A stretch of 63,858 nt of DNA, filler included, from Lama guanicoe (GCA_013239625.1; 93 parts of 93 records of this genome joined end to end with filler, not necessarily neighbours in it); one strand, 5' to 3'. Shown: positions 11,247 through 24,607, counted from the first letter of the whole stretch. The notes: a model not told the origin generated them from the letters alone. A program made the numbers and translations.

Positions 11247-12082
11247 NNNNNNNNNNNNNNNNNNNNNNNNNNNNNNNNNNNNNNNNNNNNTTAATTAATT
11301 AANNNNNNNNNNNNNNNNNNNNNNNNNNNNNNNNNNNNNNNNNNNNAAAGAAAATATTAGACTGTTAAACCAGTAAAGAAGCAGTTTGTATTCTTAAAAC
11401 CCCTGATAATGGTCTCAGTACCCCTGGTCCTTTTTGGTTTTCATATTAATGGAGATCCACAACTTAGTGGATCGGCCAATAACACTTCCTAGAATAAATC
11501 AAATCCATTTAAAGTAGAACTGAGCTGTGGGAAAGAGCCTTAGATCCTCTATTCATTTTCTTATTCATTCAGCAGGTATCGGGCTAGTTGTTGAGGAAAC
11601 AGCAAATGAAATCACCTTGATCCCTCTTCTCACAGACAGAATGGTACTAAGTGCTATGATGCAAATCTGCCCAAGGACCTATATGAGCATGAGGATAAGT
11701 CCCACCCAGACTGGATGTAAAGAGTGGGAAACCCACCTTCAATTACTCATGAATGCCAAACTTAGCTTCCTCAGCACCAAGCGCTCTCAGTCTCACACTG
11801 CACAGATATGCTCAGCTCTCAACTCTCATGTTCCCTGGATGATACGGATGATAGCCCCTCGATTTCCTGTGCTTCGCCCTAGGACCCCTTAATTTGAGGT
11901 TCTGCAATGCCCTTCAATATAACTAAGCTCCAGTTCCTGACATCCAAATTGTTCATTAGGTCTCATCTGTTTCAACACACTGNNNNNNNNNNNNNNNNNN
12001 NNNNNNNNNNNNNNNNNNNNNNNNNNTTAATTAATTAANNNNNNNNNNNNNNNNNNNNNNNNNNNNNNNNNNNNNNNNNNNN

Positions 12083-12783
12083 GAACACAGAGTATAGAAT
12101 ATAGAATACGATATACTGAATATAGAATTTACAATATAGAATGTTGAACACAGAATATATAATACGGAATGCAGAATATACAATACAGTATATAGAATGC
12201 AGACCACAGAATATAGAATATGGAAAATACAGATTTCTCAATATAGAATTTAGAATGTAGAACACACAATTTAGAGTATAGAATACAGAATACTGAATAT
12301 AGAATTTAGAATATAGAATGTAGAAAACAGTATATAGAATATAGACTACGGAATGCAGAATATAGAATATAGAATGTAGAATAATGAGCACAAAACATAG
12401 AATAGAGAATATAGAACCCAGAATTTAGAACATAGAATGTAGAACAAAGAATATAGAATATAGAATACAGAATACTTAATATCGAATTTAGAAAATAGAA
12501 TGTAGAACACAGAATATGGAATGTAGAATACGGAATGCCTAATATTGAATACAGAATATAGAATGTAGAACACAGAATTTAGAATATGGAAAACAGAATA
12601 TAGAACTAAGAATTTAGAACATGGAATGCAGAACAAAGAATTTAGAATATAGAATGCAGATTACTGAATATAGAATTTAGAATATAGAATGTAGAACACA
12701 GAATTAAAAATACAGATTATAGAATACTGAATATTGAATATAGAATATAGAATGTAGAACACAGAATATAGAAAAAAGAATAC
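12083..12783 (+). repeat. AGAATAT heptamer satellite
   Basis: Continuous AGAATAT/AGAATTT/AGAACAC/AGAATAC heptamer variants. Confidence 0.96.
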
Positions 12784-13799
12784 NNNNNNNNNNNNNNNNN
12801 NNNNNNNNNNNNNNNNNNNNNNNNNNNTTAATTAATTAANNNNNNNNNNNNNNNNNNNNNNNNNNNNNNNNNNNNNNNNNNNNATATATCTATATCCATA
12901 CCTATCTGTCTATACTTATGCCTCATCTATGTGTAAGATAGATGAATAGATAGAGAGACAGGTAGATAGATAGGGAGATAGAGAGAGAGAGAGAGAGAGA
13001 GAGATAGGAGGAATCATGTATCATCTCTTTGGGTCTGGCTTCTTTCACACTGCCTGATGATTTTGAGGTTTATTCAGTTTGCTGCAAGTATCAGTAGCTT
13101 CTANNNNNNNNNNNNNNNNNNNNNNNNNNNNNNNNNNNNNNNNNNNNTTAATTAATTAANNNNNNNNNNNNNNNNNNNNNNNNNNNNNNNNNNNNNNNNN
13201 NNNCACTGCAGGTACCACCTGACACAATGAAATCCATTTACTGTGCTCGTAGCCAAGGTATATCATAGTCAAGTAAAAATGACATATATGACATTAAAAG
13301 TTTCAGATACTACAAGGCTTAGAGCACCTTGTAACAATAGGTCTGTGCTTCCTTTTCCTGTGTGTTATGCACATACTAATAAATATGGCTTCCTTTTCTA
13401 AAAAGATAGGGATAATCTAATTACAGATAATGAATCAAAGAATCACAAACTGCCTCAATATAATTTGAATAAGGTCCAAGTTGGCAGAGTAGTAATACTC
13501 TACAATCTTGTGTCAGAGTGCCTGCATGTTAGACATGCCCAGAGAATCTAAATTTTTTTATACATAAAGGGATTTTAAATAGAAGTTAAAATAGAACTAA
13601 AGTAAATGTATATTGATTCACTCTCCTTCTCACATTCTGGATGGTCAAGGTAGTATTCACTGCCTCGACTTCCACTTANNNNNNNNNNNNNNNNNNNNNN
13701 NNNNNNNNNNNNNNNNNNNNNNTTAATTAATTAANNNNNNNNNNNNNNNNNNNNNNNNNNNNNNNNNNNNNNNNNNNNAGAGAAAAGTACATAGTCTTT

Positions 13800-14200
13800 T
13801 ACCAGTAAACATACTATTAGCTGTTGAAGAAATTCCCACTATTCCTATGTGTCTCAGCGTTTTCACCATGGTGACTGATGACTATTGGCAAATGCTTTTT
13901 CTATATAGATTAATATGATCAAATGACTTCTTTTTAACACTCTTAATATGGTGACTTCTATCAATTGATTTTCAAACATTGAAGAAAGTTTTTCATCACT
14001 GAGAAAAACTGCATTTGTGCTTGGTATATTGGTCTTTTTATTTACTGATGAATTCTACTTGCTAATATTTTGTTAACAAACTTTGTTTCTATATTAATGA
14101 AGGATAGTTCCCTGTAGTATTTTATATGGTTTTTGTTTTTGTTTTGTTTTCTTTTTTGTAAGGTCTTTATTTGATTTTGGTATCAGGGGAATACGAGCTT
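13800..14200 (-). mobile_element. Old LINE-1 ORF2 fragment, antisense
   Basis: Contains ttgaagaaattcccactattcct, caaatgctttttct, ttgctaatattttgtt and ttttggtatcaggg. Confidence 0.8.
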
Positions 14201-14320
14201 CAAAAAATTGGTGAGGAATTNNNNNNNNNNNNNNNNNNNNNNNNNNNNNNNNNNNNNNNNNNNNTTAATTAATTAANNNNNNNNNNNNNNNNNNNNNNNN
14301 NNNNNNNNNNNNNNNNNNNN

Positions 14321-14801
14321 TGCTGAGACCATGTATAACCTCCATCTCTTTCTTAATGAGCCCACTGGACAGTGATAGAGGTGTCCAGGGAAAGAAGCTG
14401 ACTGGCATTCTCAGAATGGGTTATCCTATGCACTTCATTATTAACATCCTCACCTGCAGTGACCACCCTTTTATGAGCACTCATATGGGACAGAAATATA
14501 TTCACATTCTTTGCTCAAAGAGGTCTATCCACACGCCTCTTCCCAAGACCTCCTTATCAATTGTGTTGTTTCAAGTTCCTTACCATTCAGCCAAACCATT
14601 GGCTACAGCATATCTGGCCATTGCTATGGACTCATGTCTCTGGTCATGTCTTCTTCCACAAAAAATAAGCCAACAGGTGCGCTACTGGAAAATTTGTCAA
14701 CTGGGAGAATTTTCCTTTGCCAGTGTCTTTCAGGGATGACCCAGAAAGTGGTGATAGTGATGCAGCTATCCACTTTTAGGTGGTACCTGAATGTCGTGCA
14801 G
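14321..14801 (-). mobile_element. ERV-L internal pol remnant (RNase H to start of integrase), disabled
   Basis: The minus strand gives, in order, SLKDTGKGKFSQ, AVANGLAEW, DKEVLGRGVWIDL, SHMSAHKRVVTAGEDVNNEV, QWAH and RDGGYTWSQ, matching ERV-L pol. Several stops and frameshifts. Confidence 0.9.
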
Positions 14802-16289
14802 NNNNNNNNNNNNNNNNNNNNNNNNNNNNNNNNNNNNNNNNNNNNTTAATTAATTAANNNNNNNNNNNNNNNNNNNNNNNNNNNNNNNNNNNNNNNNNNN
14901 NTCAGGACAAGGCCATTATCTAGCTATAAGCTGTCTTCGGGGAAGTTACCAAAAACTGTTTAAATAATGGTAAGATGGCTTGGGCAGTCAGGAGGCAGAC
15001 TGTCTTGGGCACAAAATGCTGCATTAGTTAAAGAAAATGGTAGCAGGAACAGAAACAGCAGTGAGGAACCCTAGCCAGAATGAGGGCTTTGGGAAGAGGG
15101 GGTAGTATGGAGTTGANNNNNNNNNNNNNNNNNNNNNNNNNNNNNNNNNNNNNNNNNNNNTTAATTAATTAANNNNNNNNNNNNNNNNNNNNNNNNNNNN
15201 NNNNNNNNNNNNNNNNCATTAAAGAGAAGAGTATGGGTGAGAAGAGGAAAGAAAGCTACGCCTCCTTTGATGCATACGCACACAACACATGCTCCTGACG
15301 CCTGCCACATCCTGCAGAAACGCAGCTGACGGGTTCCAAATGAGCAAAAGAGAGGAAGTCAAGAATCAACAAGCAGCCAGAAGACTCTATGGTGAATCAT
15401 TATTCAAAGAGCAAATGTACTTGGCTATTAAAATAAATGACAAGATGTTTCAAAGAAGGGGAACTGTAGGTCAATTTCCTCATCTGAATGTTTTCAAACA
15501 CCTACTATGAGCTGCTACAGTGGTAAGTGTCTTGGATAATCTAGAGATGAAACATACTGTTTTGCTTTCAAGATAATAACATGGAACAGAATGGAGTAAT
15601 CCTGTAGGGTGATTTCAGCGAAGTGCTATGATGAGCACAAAAGGATGGAGAGACTGATTCAGATTCATATCAATTAGTTCCAATAAGACAAGACTGGTTT
15701 GTGCGACAACTTTACTATAATACTTACTGCACGTTACTTGAAAAGAGTCAAACGTCGGCCATTAGGAAGTCTTCTTTGGTATTGTGCCATTTCTAGAGTT
15801 GTATTTCACTGTTACAGGACACAACTTAATACAAAAGCATGCATAAACCACAAGTTATGGATTTCATAAAGAAAGGATTACATATTAATTTCTGGTTAAA
15901 CTCTTGCTTGAACAGATTTTGCAAGTTACAAATATCCTATTTTTATACGATGGAAAATTATTTGTTCCTTATGTTAGGATAGAATATAACTCTCAATTTA
16001 ACATTCCTTCAAGATCTCACTTAAGCAAAAATGGGTCACAGTTTAATCTGCAGCAAATTACCTCACGCAGGACCCACCTGATCTGTCATTACGTTCCTGA
16101 TGATACGGGCTTTTGTGGTCAGGAAGGTATGTGAACCAACGTCTAAAATGAAACCTGGATTTCTTGTCTGGACATAAAGAGTGGCTCAANNNNNNNNNNN
16201 NNNNNNNNNNNNNNNNNNNNNNNNNNNNNNNNNTTAATTAATTAANNNNNNNNNNNNNNNNNNNNNNNNNNNNNNNNNNNNNNNNNNNN

Positions 16290-16966
16290 AGCCAGAATGG
16301 CCATCATTCAAAAGTCCACAAATGACAAATACTGGAGAAGCTGTGGAGAAATGGGAACCCTCCTACACTGCTGTTGGGAATGCAGTTTGGTGTAGCCACT
16401 GTGGAAAACAGTATGGAGATTCCTCAAAAGACTAGGAATAGACTTTCCATATGACCTAGAAATCCTGCTTCTGGGTATATATGCAGAAAGAACCCTACTT
16501 TAAAAAGACACCTGCACCCCAATGTTCATAGCAGCACTATTTACAATAGCCAAGTCATGGAAACAGCCTAAATGTCCATCGATACATGACTGGATAAAGA
16601 AGAAGTGGTATATTTATACAATGGAATACTATTCATCCACAAAAACCGACAACATAACAGCATTTGCAGAAACATGGATGTTCCTGGAGAATGTCATTCT
16701 AAGTGAAGTAAGCCAGAAAGAGAAAGAAAACTACCATATGAGATCGCTTATATGTGGAATCTAAACAAAACAAAACAAAACAAAACAAAAACATAAATTC
16801 AGAACAGAAACAGACTCATAGACATAGAATACAAACTTATGGTTGCCAAGGGTTGGGGGGCGGGAAGGGATAAACTGGGAGTTCAAAATTTATCAATACT
16901 TACAGGCACATGTAATCCAGATAAACAAGATTATATGGTATAGCACAGGGAAATATATACAAGATC
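16290..16966 (+). mobile_element. Relatively young LINE-1 3' region with (AAAAC)n
   Basis: ORF 16522 reads [37 protein letters not shown] (ORF2 C-terminus), followed by a cetartiodactyl-type 3' UTR. Confidence 0.96.
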
Positions 16967-17368
16967 NNNNNNNNNNNNNNNNNNNNNNNNNNNNNNNNNN
17001 NNNNNNNNNNTTAATTAATTAANNNNNNNNNNNNNNNNNNNNNNNNNNNNNNNNNNNNNNNNNNNNTAAGTTTCATTAGCCCACATCCATTCTCCAAAGC
17101 ATGATTATATTTACGTGAAATGAAGAAGAAAAAAAGAGGGGGTTCCTAAACTGCGATAAAAAAAGAATAAAATAGTACAAACCCCCTGGCCAGGTTCTGC
17201 TACGATCTGGATGCCCCGCTTGTAAACATGCAGAAACTGAACCTGGAGAGGATGGAGGGCTGCCTTCGNNNNNNNNNNNNNNNNNNNNNNNNNNNNNNNN
17301 NNNNNNNNNNNNTTAATTAATTAANNNNNNNNNNNNNNNNNNNNNNNNNNNNNNNNNNNNNNNNNNNN

Positions 17369-18068
17369 TGTTCTACATTGTATATTCATATTCTATTTTC
17401 AGTTTTCGGTATTCTATATTCTTAATTCTGTGTCCTATATTTCATGTTCTAAACTCTGGGTTCTATATTCTCTATTCTAAATTCTATATTCTGCATTCCA
17501 TTTCTAAATTTTGGGTTCTATATTCCCTATTTTATATTCTACATTTTGTGTCTTCATTCTTTATTCTACGTTCTATATTCTCCATTCCATAGTCTATAAT
17601 GTATATTCTGTGTTATTCAATATATATTCTAAATTCTATATTCTGCATTCCATTTCTAAATTTTGGGTTCTATATTCCCTATTTTATATTCTACATTTTG
17701 TGTCTTCATTCTTTATTCTACGTTCTATATTCTCCATTCCATAGTCTATAATGTATATTCTGTGTTATTCAATATATATTCTAAATTCTATATTCAGTAT
17801 TCTTTATTCTATATTGTTAATTCTGTGTTTTACATTCTTTATTCTATATTCTATATTCAGTATTCTGTATTCTATATACTTAATTCTGTGTTCTGCATTC
17901 CATGTTCTAAATTCTGGTTTCCATATTCTCTGTTCTCTATTCTATATTCTGTGTCCTACATTCTAAATTCTATTTTCTATATTCAGTATTCTTTATTCTA
18001 TATTGTTAATTCTGTGTTTTACATTCTTTATTCTATATTCTATATTCAGTATTCTGTATTCTATATAC
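17369..18068 (-). repeat. AGAATAT heptamer satellite (pyrimidine strand shown) with 152-bp and 189-bp internal repeats
   Basis: Identical stretches start at 17511 and 17663 (152 bp apart) and at 17791 and 17980 (189 = 27 x 7). Confidence 0.95.
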
Positions 18069-18168
18069 NNNNNNNNNNNNNNNNNNNNNNNNNNNNNNNN
18101 NNNNNNNNNNNNTTAATTAATTAANNNNNNNNNNNNNNNNNNNNNNNNNNNNNNNNNNNNNNNNNNNN

Positions 18169-18614
18169 TTTAGAAAACAGAATATGGAGTGTAGAATACG
18201 GAATGCAGAATATAGCACGTAGAGATTAGAATGAAGACCAAAGAATTTAGAATATAGAATACAGAATACTGAATATAGGATTTAGAACATGGAATATAGA
18301 AAACAGAATACTAAAAAAAGAATTTACAATATAGAATGTAGAACACAGTGTATACAATATAGAATACGGAATACTGAATATAGAATTTAGAATATAGAAA
18401 ACAGAATACTAAAAAAAGAATTTACAATATAGAATGTAGAACACAGTGTATACAATATAGAATACGGAATACTGAATATAGAATTTAGAATATAGAAAAC
18501 AGAATACTAAAAAAAGAATTTACAATATAGAATGTAGAACACAGTGTATACAATATAGAATACGGAATACTGAATATAGAATTTAAAATGTAGAACACAG
18601 AGTATAGAATATAG
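18169..18614 (+). repeat. AGAATAT heptamer satellite with a 98-bp higher-order unit
   Basis: cagaatactaaaaaaag starts at 18304, 18402 and 18500 (98 = 14 x 7). Confidence 0.97.
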
Positions 18615-19464
18615 NNNNNNNNNNNNNNNNNNNNNNNNNNNNNNNNNNNNNNNNNNNNTTAATTAATTAANNNNNNNNNNNNNNNNNNNNNNNNNNNNNN
18701 NNNNNNNNNNNNNNCTGTAAAATGATTATGAATCAATAAAAATGTAAAAAAACAACAACAACAAAAAAAAAACAGGTGGCTACTTGTGTCATCAGAGAAA
18801 TGGAACAGAAGTCTAGGCTATGTTGGCTTCAACATCTAAAGAAACCCCGAACATTATGCTTCTGTCTTAGTATTAGTAGATGCAAGGGGCAGCAACTTGC
18901 CCTTTACCTTAGAGGGATGTCTCAACATATCCCAAACAAATGGAACTTGAAAAAATTCACCAATGTGGAATGCTTCTCAATCTTTGTGGAGTTTACCTCC
19001 CACTTTCTGGCATGTATGTGTCTAGTTAGCACATTTAGGATACTTGCTAGTTCTGCTCACCAGTTCCACTTAGCACAATGCCATCAATCTACTGGACCAG
19101 CAGATGCTCTGCTGTATCAGGACAGAGCACAGGAAAGTTAGCATGGCCCTGGGGCAGACAGTGACTGTGTACTGCTGTCCCTGCTGAGTAAAGGTAACTC
19201 TTTTGACTCTGTCCCCTGAAGGACTGCCAGACACTGTGTGGACCTGCCCCAGTAAAGATCCATTTTCAGACCAGCAGCTGGAAATGGGTTCAATCTTGCT
19301 GTGGTCCAATGTCACGAGTGAATTTAATCAAAATGCAATAGGGACCACCTCCTTCATCTTTCACNNNNNNNNNNNNNNNNNNNNNNNNNNNNNNNNNNNN
19401 NNNNNNNNTTAATTAATTAANNNNNNNNNNNNNNNNNNNNNNNNNNNNNNNNNNNNNNNNNNNN

Positions 19465-20213
19465 CTCATTCCATGTTCTAAATTCTCGTTTCTGTATTCT
19501 GTTTTCCATATTCAATATTTTGTGTTCTATTTTCTATATCCTTTATTCAATATTCTACTTTCCGTATCCTATATTCTAAATTCTGAGTTCTGCATTCTAT
19601 ATTCTAAATTCGATACTCAGTATTCTGTATTCTATATTCTAAATTCTGAGTTCTGCATTCTATATTCTAAATTCGATACTCAGTATTCTGTATTCTATAT
19701 TCTAAATTCTGAGTTCTGCATTCTATATTCTAAATTCGATACTCAGTATTCTGTATTCTATATTCTAAATTCTGAGTTCTGCATTCTATATTCTAAATTC
19801 GATACTCAGTATTCTGTATTCTATATTCTAAATTCTGTGTTCTGCATTCCATGTTCTCAATTCTTGGTTTTGTATTCTGTTTTCCATATTCTATATTCTG
19901 TGCTCTACATTCTATTTTCTGTATTCTTTATTCTGCTTTCCGTATTCTATATCCTTTATTCTGTTTTCTACATTGTATATTCTAAATTCTATATTAAGTA
20001 TTCTGTATTCTATATTCTAAATTCTGTGTTCTACATTGTATATTCAAATTCTATATTCAGTATTCGGTATTCTATATTCTAAATTCTGTGTTGTACATTC
20101 TAAATTCTAAGTTCTATATTCAGTAGTCAGTATTCTATATTCTAAATTCTGATTTCGGTATTCAATGTTCTAAATCCTGGGTTCTATATTCTGTTTTCCA
20201 TATTCTAAATTCT
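19465..20213 (-). repeat. AGAATAT heptamer satellite with a 63-bp higher-order unit
   Basis: cgatactcag starts at 19611, 19674, 19737 and 19800 (63 = 9 x 7). Confidence 0.97.
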
Positions 20214-22607
20214 NNNNNNNNNNNNNNNNNNNNNNNNNNNNNNNNNNNNNNNNNNNNTTAATTAATTAANNNNNNNNNNNNNNNNNNNNNNNNNNNNNNN
20301 NNNNNNNNNNNNNTTTTTTTTTTTAGTAAAATTCTTTTTTGTGCTATTGCAAACTTCAAATGAAGTATTGGAGATTCCTGCTCCCAGGAAACTGAGCAGA
20401 CAATTCATGGCACTGAGGACCTAACATTTACTGCGTAATCATCCTTTCCCACACGTTTCTGTATATTTATGGCACCTATTCACTTGTTAAGCATGTCTCT
20501 CTGAATCATTATGTCTGATAAGAGGTAAGGAAGAACATATAATAGATTTCAACATCTCCTCCAGATTCATCAAATACAATTTCCAGGATACCCTTTGCTG
20601 AAATATGTATCTAAGCCCAAGATGGAGCCAGTCCTGCACCAGGTACCACATCAGCAAACTGAACTTCTGTGCTTCTGTAAATGGCCCAGTTGATCAGAAA
20701 TTCAGTTTATCCAGCAAGCCAATCCCTAGGCAGCTAGCCAGAACTGGGCTCTATGCTTCCTTCCTTGTTCCTTGATCTTTCTAAATAAGGTCAATTATGC
20801 AGCCCTGGCCATACACGCCCTATCTCCACGATGCTACTTCTGACAATTTGGAATTTGCTTTTGCCAAAAAATCCCTCTGAATGTTCCACTGCTTGTGAGT
20901 CACTGTGCTTCTGCAATCCGTGGACAGTTTTCCCTTCAGTAAAGTACATCAAAGTCNNNNNNNNNNNNNNNNNNNNNNNNNNNNNNNNNNNNNNNNNNNN
21001 TTAATTAATTAANNNNNNNNNNNNNNNNNNNNNNNNNNNNNNNNNNNNNNNNNNNNAGAACCATACACTTGAGGATGCCACTGGTGAGAGAATTTGAAGA
21101 TTTATAGAAAAGATGAATCACTGAACAGTACAGGAGTTTTTCAGCTGTCTTAATCTTTCTTCATTCTGAAGCCTGCCCTTTCTTACTTCAGTGTCAAAAG
21201 TTCTTGAGGCTCCCAGTTATCCATGAATTTTGTCATCTCACAGCGGCAATTTTCCACCAAACTGGCATACATTTTTCCTTCCTGTTTTCCCTTTTCAGCA
21301 GCTTAATACAATTTGACACGTGCTCAACATAAATTTGTAAGGCATTTTGCTTTTGTTAGTGGGTATCTTTCTAGTCCTTTCTGTATACATTTTATAAACA
21401 TGTATGCTACACATTTTACATACATGATTATATATATATAGTTTATTTTTCTATTATACATGTAATAATAACACATATATTTTTCTTTACTGTGAAATAT
21501 TTGCTATATAAGAAAAAATACATGTAATATGTGTGCATGAATTATAAAGCACAATAACGAACACTTTTGTTTGATAAAATGAAATGTCACTGACCCCCTG
21601 AGGCCCCTGTGTGTCCTCCCCACAACATCACCTTNNNNNNNNNNNNNNNNNNNNNNNNNNNNNNNNNNNNNNNNNNNNTTAATTAATTAANNNNNNNNNN
21701 NNNNNNNNNNNNNNNNNNNNNNNNNNNNNNNNNNATTAATTTTTTGAAAACAAAAAGTGCTTAAGCAGTGAATATATGTACATGCGTGTGAGTATATATA
21801 TCATAGTTCTTATAAATATTTATTTATGTAATCTATAGGTAAAGTTTGGGCTGATATACTCATGGAAATATATAATTGTTAAAAATAAGCAGCAGTCATA
21901 AAGTGGTACATCAATAATGTTATATTTCAAACAGCATTTGGAGAATAAAATCATCAATGATTTGACAAAATATTACATAATTACATATTTCTTAGAAGTT
22001 AAATTTCAACAAATAGGGTCCAGTGCAAACCAATTTTTAAACACATGTTGTTTTAAAAACAGAGAAAGAATGGCAAATGATATCTAAACTACATATAGTA
22101 TTTTTTTGACATGTGACAGTGTTTTGTATGAATGATCTTATTCATTTTGAAATATCACAATCATCTTGGAAAAATATTATTAGCCTCTATTTTATAAGTT
22201 GATAAATTATGAGTCTAAAACATTAAGTGATTTTCCTAAGGTCACACTGTGAATGAGTAGGAAAAGTAGATTAAAATTTAAGCACCTAGGAAGTTCCTTC
22301 TATGCTTTCTTACCTCAGAAGTGAATCTTCCGTTGTAGAAAACTGGTATAATTTCTTCCATAAATGTTTGGTAGAATTTATCAGTGTACCTATCTGGACC
22401 TGCTACTTTCTGTTTTGGAATAAAACCAGTTCTTGACTTAAATTTTTCAGAAAAAGGCTTTAAAGAATAGAAAATGTGTTTTAGATTTCCCTTTCTTCCT
22501 ATTAATCNNNNNNNNNNNNNNNNNNNNNNNNNNNNNNNNNNNNNNNNNNNNTTAATTAATTAANNNNNNNNNNNNNNNNNNNNNNNNNNNNNNNNNNNNN
22601 NNNNNNN

Positions 22608-22760
22608 ATCTTGTAGTAACTTATGGTGGAAAAGAATATGAAAATGAATATATGTACGTTCATGACTGAAGCATGGTGCTGTACACCAGAAATTGATACA
22701 TTGTAAACTCATTATACTTCAATAAATATATACATATGTACTTATATATACAAATAAAAA
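22608..22760 (+). mobile_element. LINE-1 3' tail, cetartiodactyl type
   Basis: ggaaaagaatatgaaaatgaatatatgt...gctgtacaccagaaattgatacattgtaaactcattatacttcaataaa. Confidence 0.85.
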
Positions 22761-23093
22761 CATTATCCAGACTGAAACACAAAGAGAAAAAAAGAGTGGA
22801 AAGAATGTAACAAAGCATCAAAGAGCTGTGGGGCAACCAAAAAATGATTTAATACACGCCTAACTCAGATTGCAGGAGAATGGAACAGTCAATATTAGGC
22901 TTAGCAGTCAACATTGTCAAAGTAGACAAACATAGATTTAAGAATCTCAGAGCATACAAAAAAAAATCCCAAAGTATACAAAAAATGAACCCCTATATCC
23001 GTCATGTTCAAAGTGTACAAAACCAAAAATTAATCTTTTTGAGGGTATCAGGAGATAAAATACACCTTACCTACAGGGGAATAAAGATGATAA
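22761..23093 (+). mobile_element. Old LINE-1 ORF1-like fragment
   Basis: A-rich stretch attatccagactgaaacacaaagagaaaa...agcatcaaagagctgtggggcaac resembling old L1M ORF1. Confidence 0.6.
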
Positions 23094-23193
23094 NNNNNNN
23101 NNNNNNNNNNNNNNNNNNNNNNNNNNNNNNNNNNNNNTTAATTAATTAANNNNNNNNNNNNNNNNNNNNNNNNNNNNNNNNNNNNNNNNNNNN

Positions 23194-23660
23194 GGGGAGG
23201 TTCCACCAACGGTCGGCAGCGCGTGGGTTCAAATGGAATACCAAAGCTCGTCTCCCCTGAGGATTTTCCTAATTTCTCTATGCCAGGGAATGCCAGGGGG
23301 GTTTGCAGGAAGTCCCAGGGACAGAGGCTGCCTCCCCAAGGCCAAGGATGGTATTTCTCGGACTTCCCCGAACAGGGAACACCTGTGACCGAAGAGAGCT
23401 GCGTGGAGTTGTCTCTCGAGCTCCCCCACGCACTGACAATGGTTCCGGAATCCTGAGCGTGGGGAGGTTCCACCAACGGTCGGCAGCGCGTGGGTTCAAA
23501 TGGAATACCAAAGCTCGTCTCCCCTGAGGGTTTTCCTAATGTCTCTGTGCCAGGGAATGCTAGGGGGGTTTGCAGGAAGACCCAGTGCAGAGGCTGCCTC
23601 CCCAAGGCCAAGGATGGTATTTCTCGGACTTCCCCGAACAGGGAACACCTGTGACCGAAG
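23194..23660 (-). repeat. 267-bp satellite, variant array
   Basis: Reverse complement of the 5451 unit. Both monomers share the variants gttcaaatggaataccaaagc and gccaaggatggtatttc. Confidence 0.97.
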
Positions 23661-23854
23661 NNNNNNNNNNNNNNNNNNNNNNNNNNNNNNNNNNNNNNNN
23701 NNNNTTAATTAATTAANNNNNNNNNNNNNNNNNNNNNNNNNNNNNNNNNNNNNNNNNNNNAAAATGCAGATTAAAGAAGAGTCATGGGTACAAAGAACAC
23801 CCATCTACTTCACAAGATAAGCAGAAAAGTTCTTTGTAATCCAGACCACCAAGA

Positions 23855-24040
23855 GAGTGGTTCTCAGCTCGGGGGAGTGGGGGCTGCCCAGCCAGAGGAC
23901 ACTTACAAAGTCCGGAGACAATTCTGATTGTCATAACTTGGGGGAGGGGGCAGGTGCTACTGGCATCTAGAGAGCAGAGACCAGGACTGCCCTTTATCTG
24001 GCCCAAAACACCAGTAGTACGAAGGCTGAGTAATTGCACT
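23855..24040 (+). mobile_element. MER20 (hAT-Charlie DNA transposon)
   Basis: agtggttctca...ggagacaattctgattgtcataact...ggtgctactggcatctag...ggcccaaaa. Confidence 0.85.
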
Positions 24041-24607
24041 AGGGTAAGACAAAAGCATTCTAAGACAGGGTAAAAATTCAAAATGTCTAGACTATGTCAT
24101 AAAGGTACAGAGCTTTTAATGAGATATTTTTAAGAATAGAGATAGTGACTCTCTTTCAGAGTGGCTGAAGTAAAGACCTTGTACCTTGATTAAGGACATC
24201 GCCTATCGACTTTGGAAAAGGCCTCCCCACATCAAATTTTAAAATTAAATGTGAAAGTTAATGTGTTTGCATACATTACAAAGAAAGAGATTGAAGAAAA
24301 TGTTTTAAGTTATAATAGCTAACCAGGCAAATGAGTAAATGTGGTCATATTACATATTAACACATTAGTGCTTTCACAAGATGCCCCACTACGAACCATG
24401 TATTATCCAGGCTTATACTTGAAGATTAAATCAAATTGTTGCCCCCCACACACCCACACACACACACACACCATTTCAGAGAAGGTCCTGCAAAGTGATA
24501 CAATTGCNNNNNNNNNNNNNNNNNNNNNNNNNNNNNNNNNNNNNNNNNNNNTTAATTAATTAANNNNNNNNNNNNNNNNNNNNNNNNNNNNNNNNNNNNN
24601 NNNNNNN

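Noticed and set aside
14356..14849. 127-aa and 112-aa plus-strand ORFs
   Set aside because: They are antisense to the ERV-L pol remnant and have no recognisable motifs.
21057..21340. Purine-rich minus-strand stretch with a coding-like look (GKQEGKMYASLVENCRCEMTKF)
   Set aside because: Short, interrupted by stops and not matched to any family I recognise.
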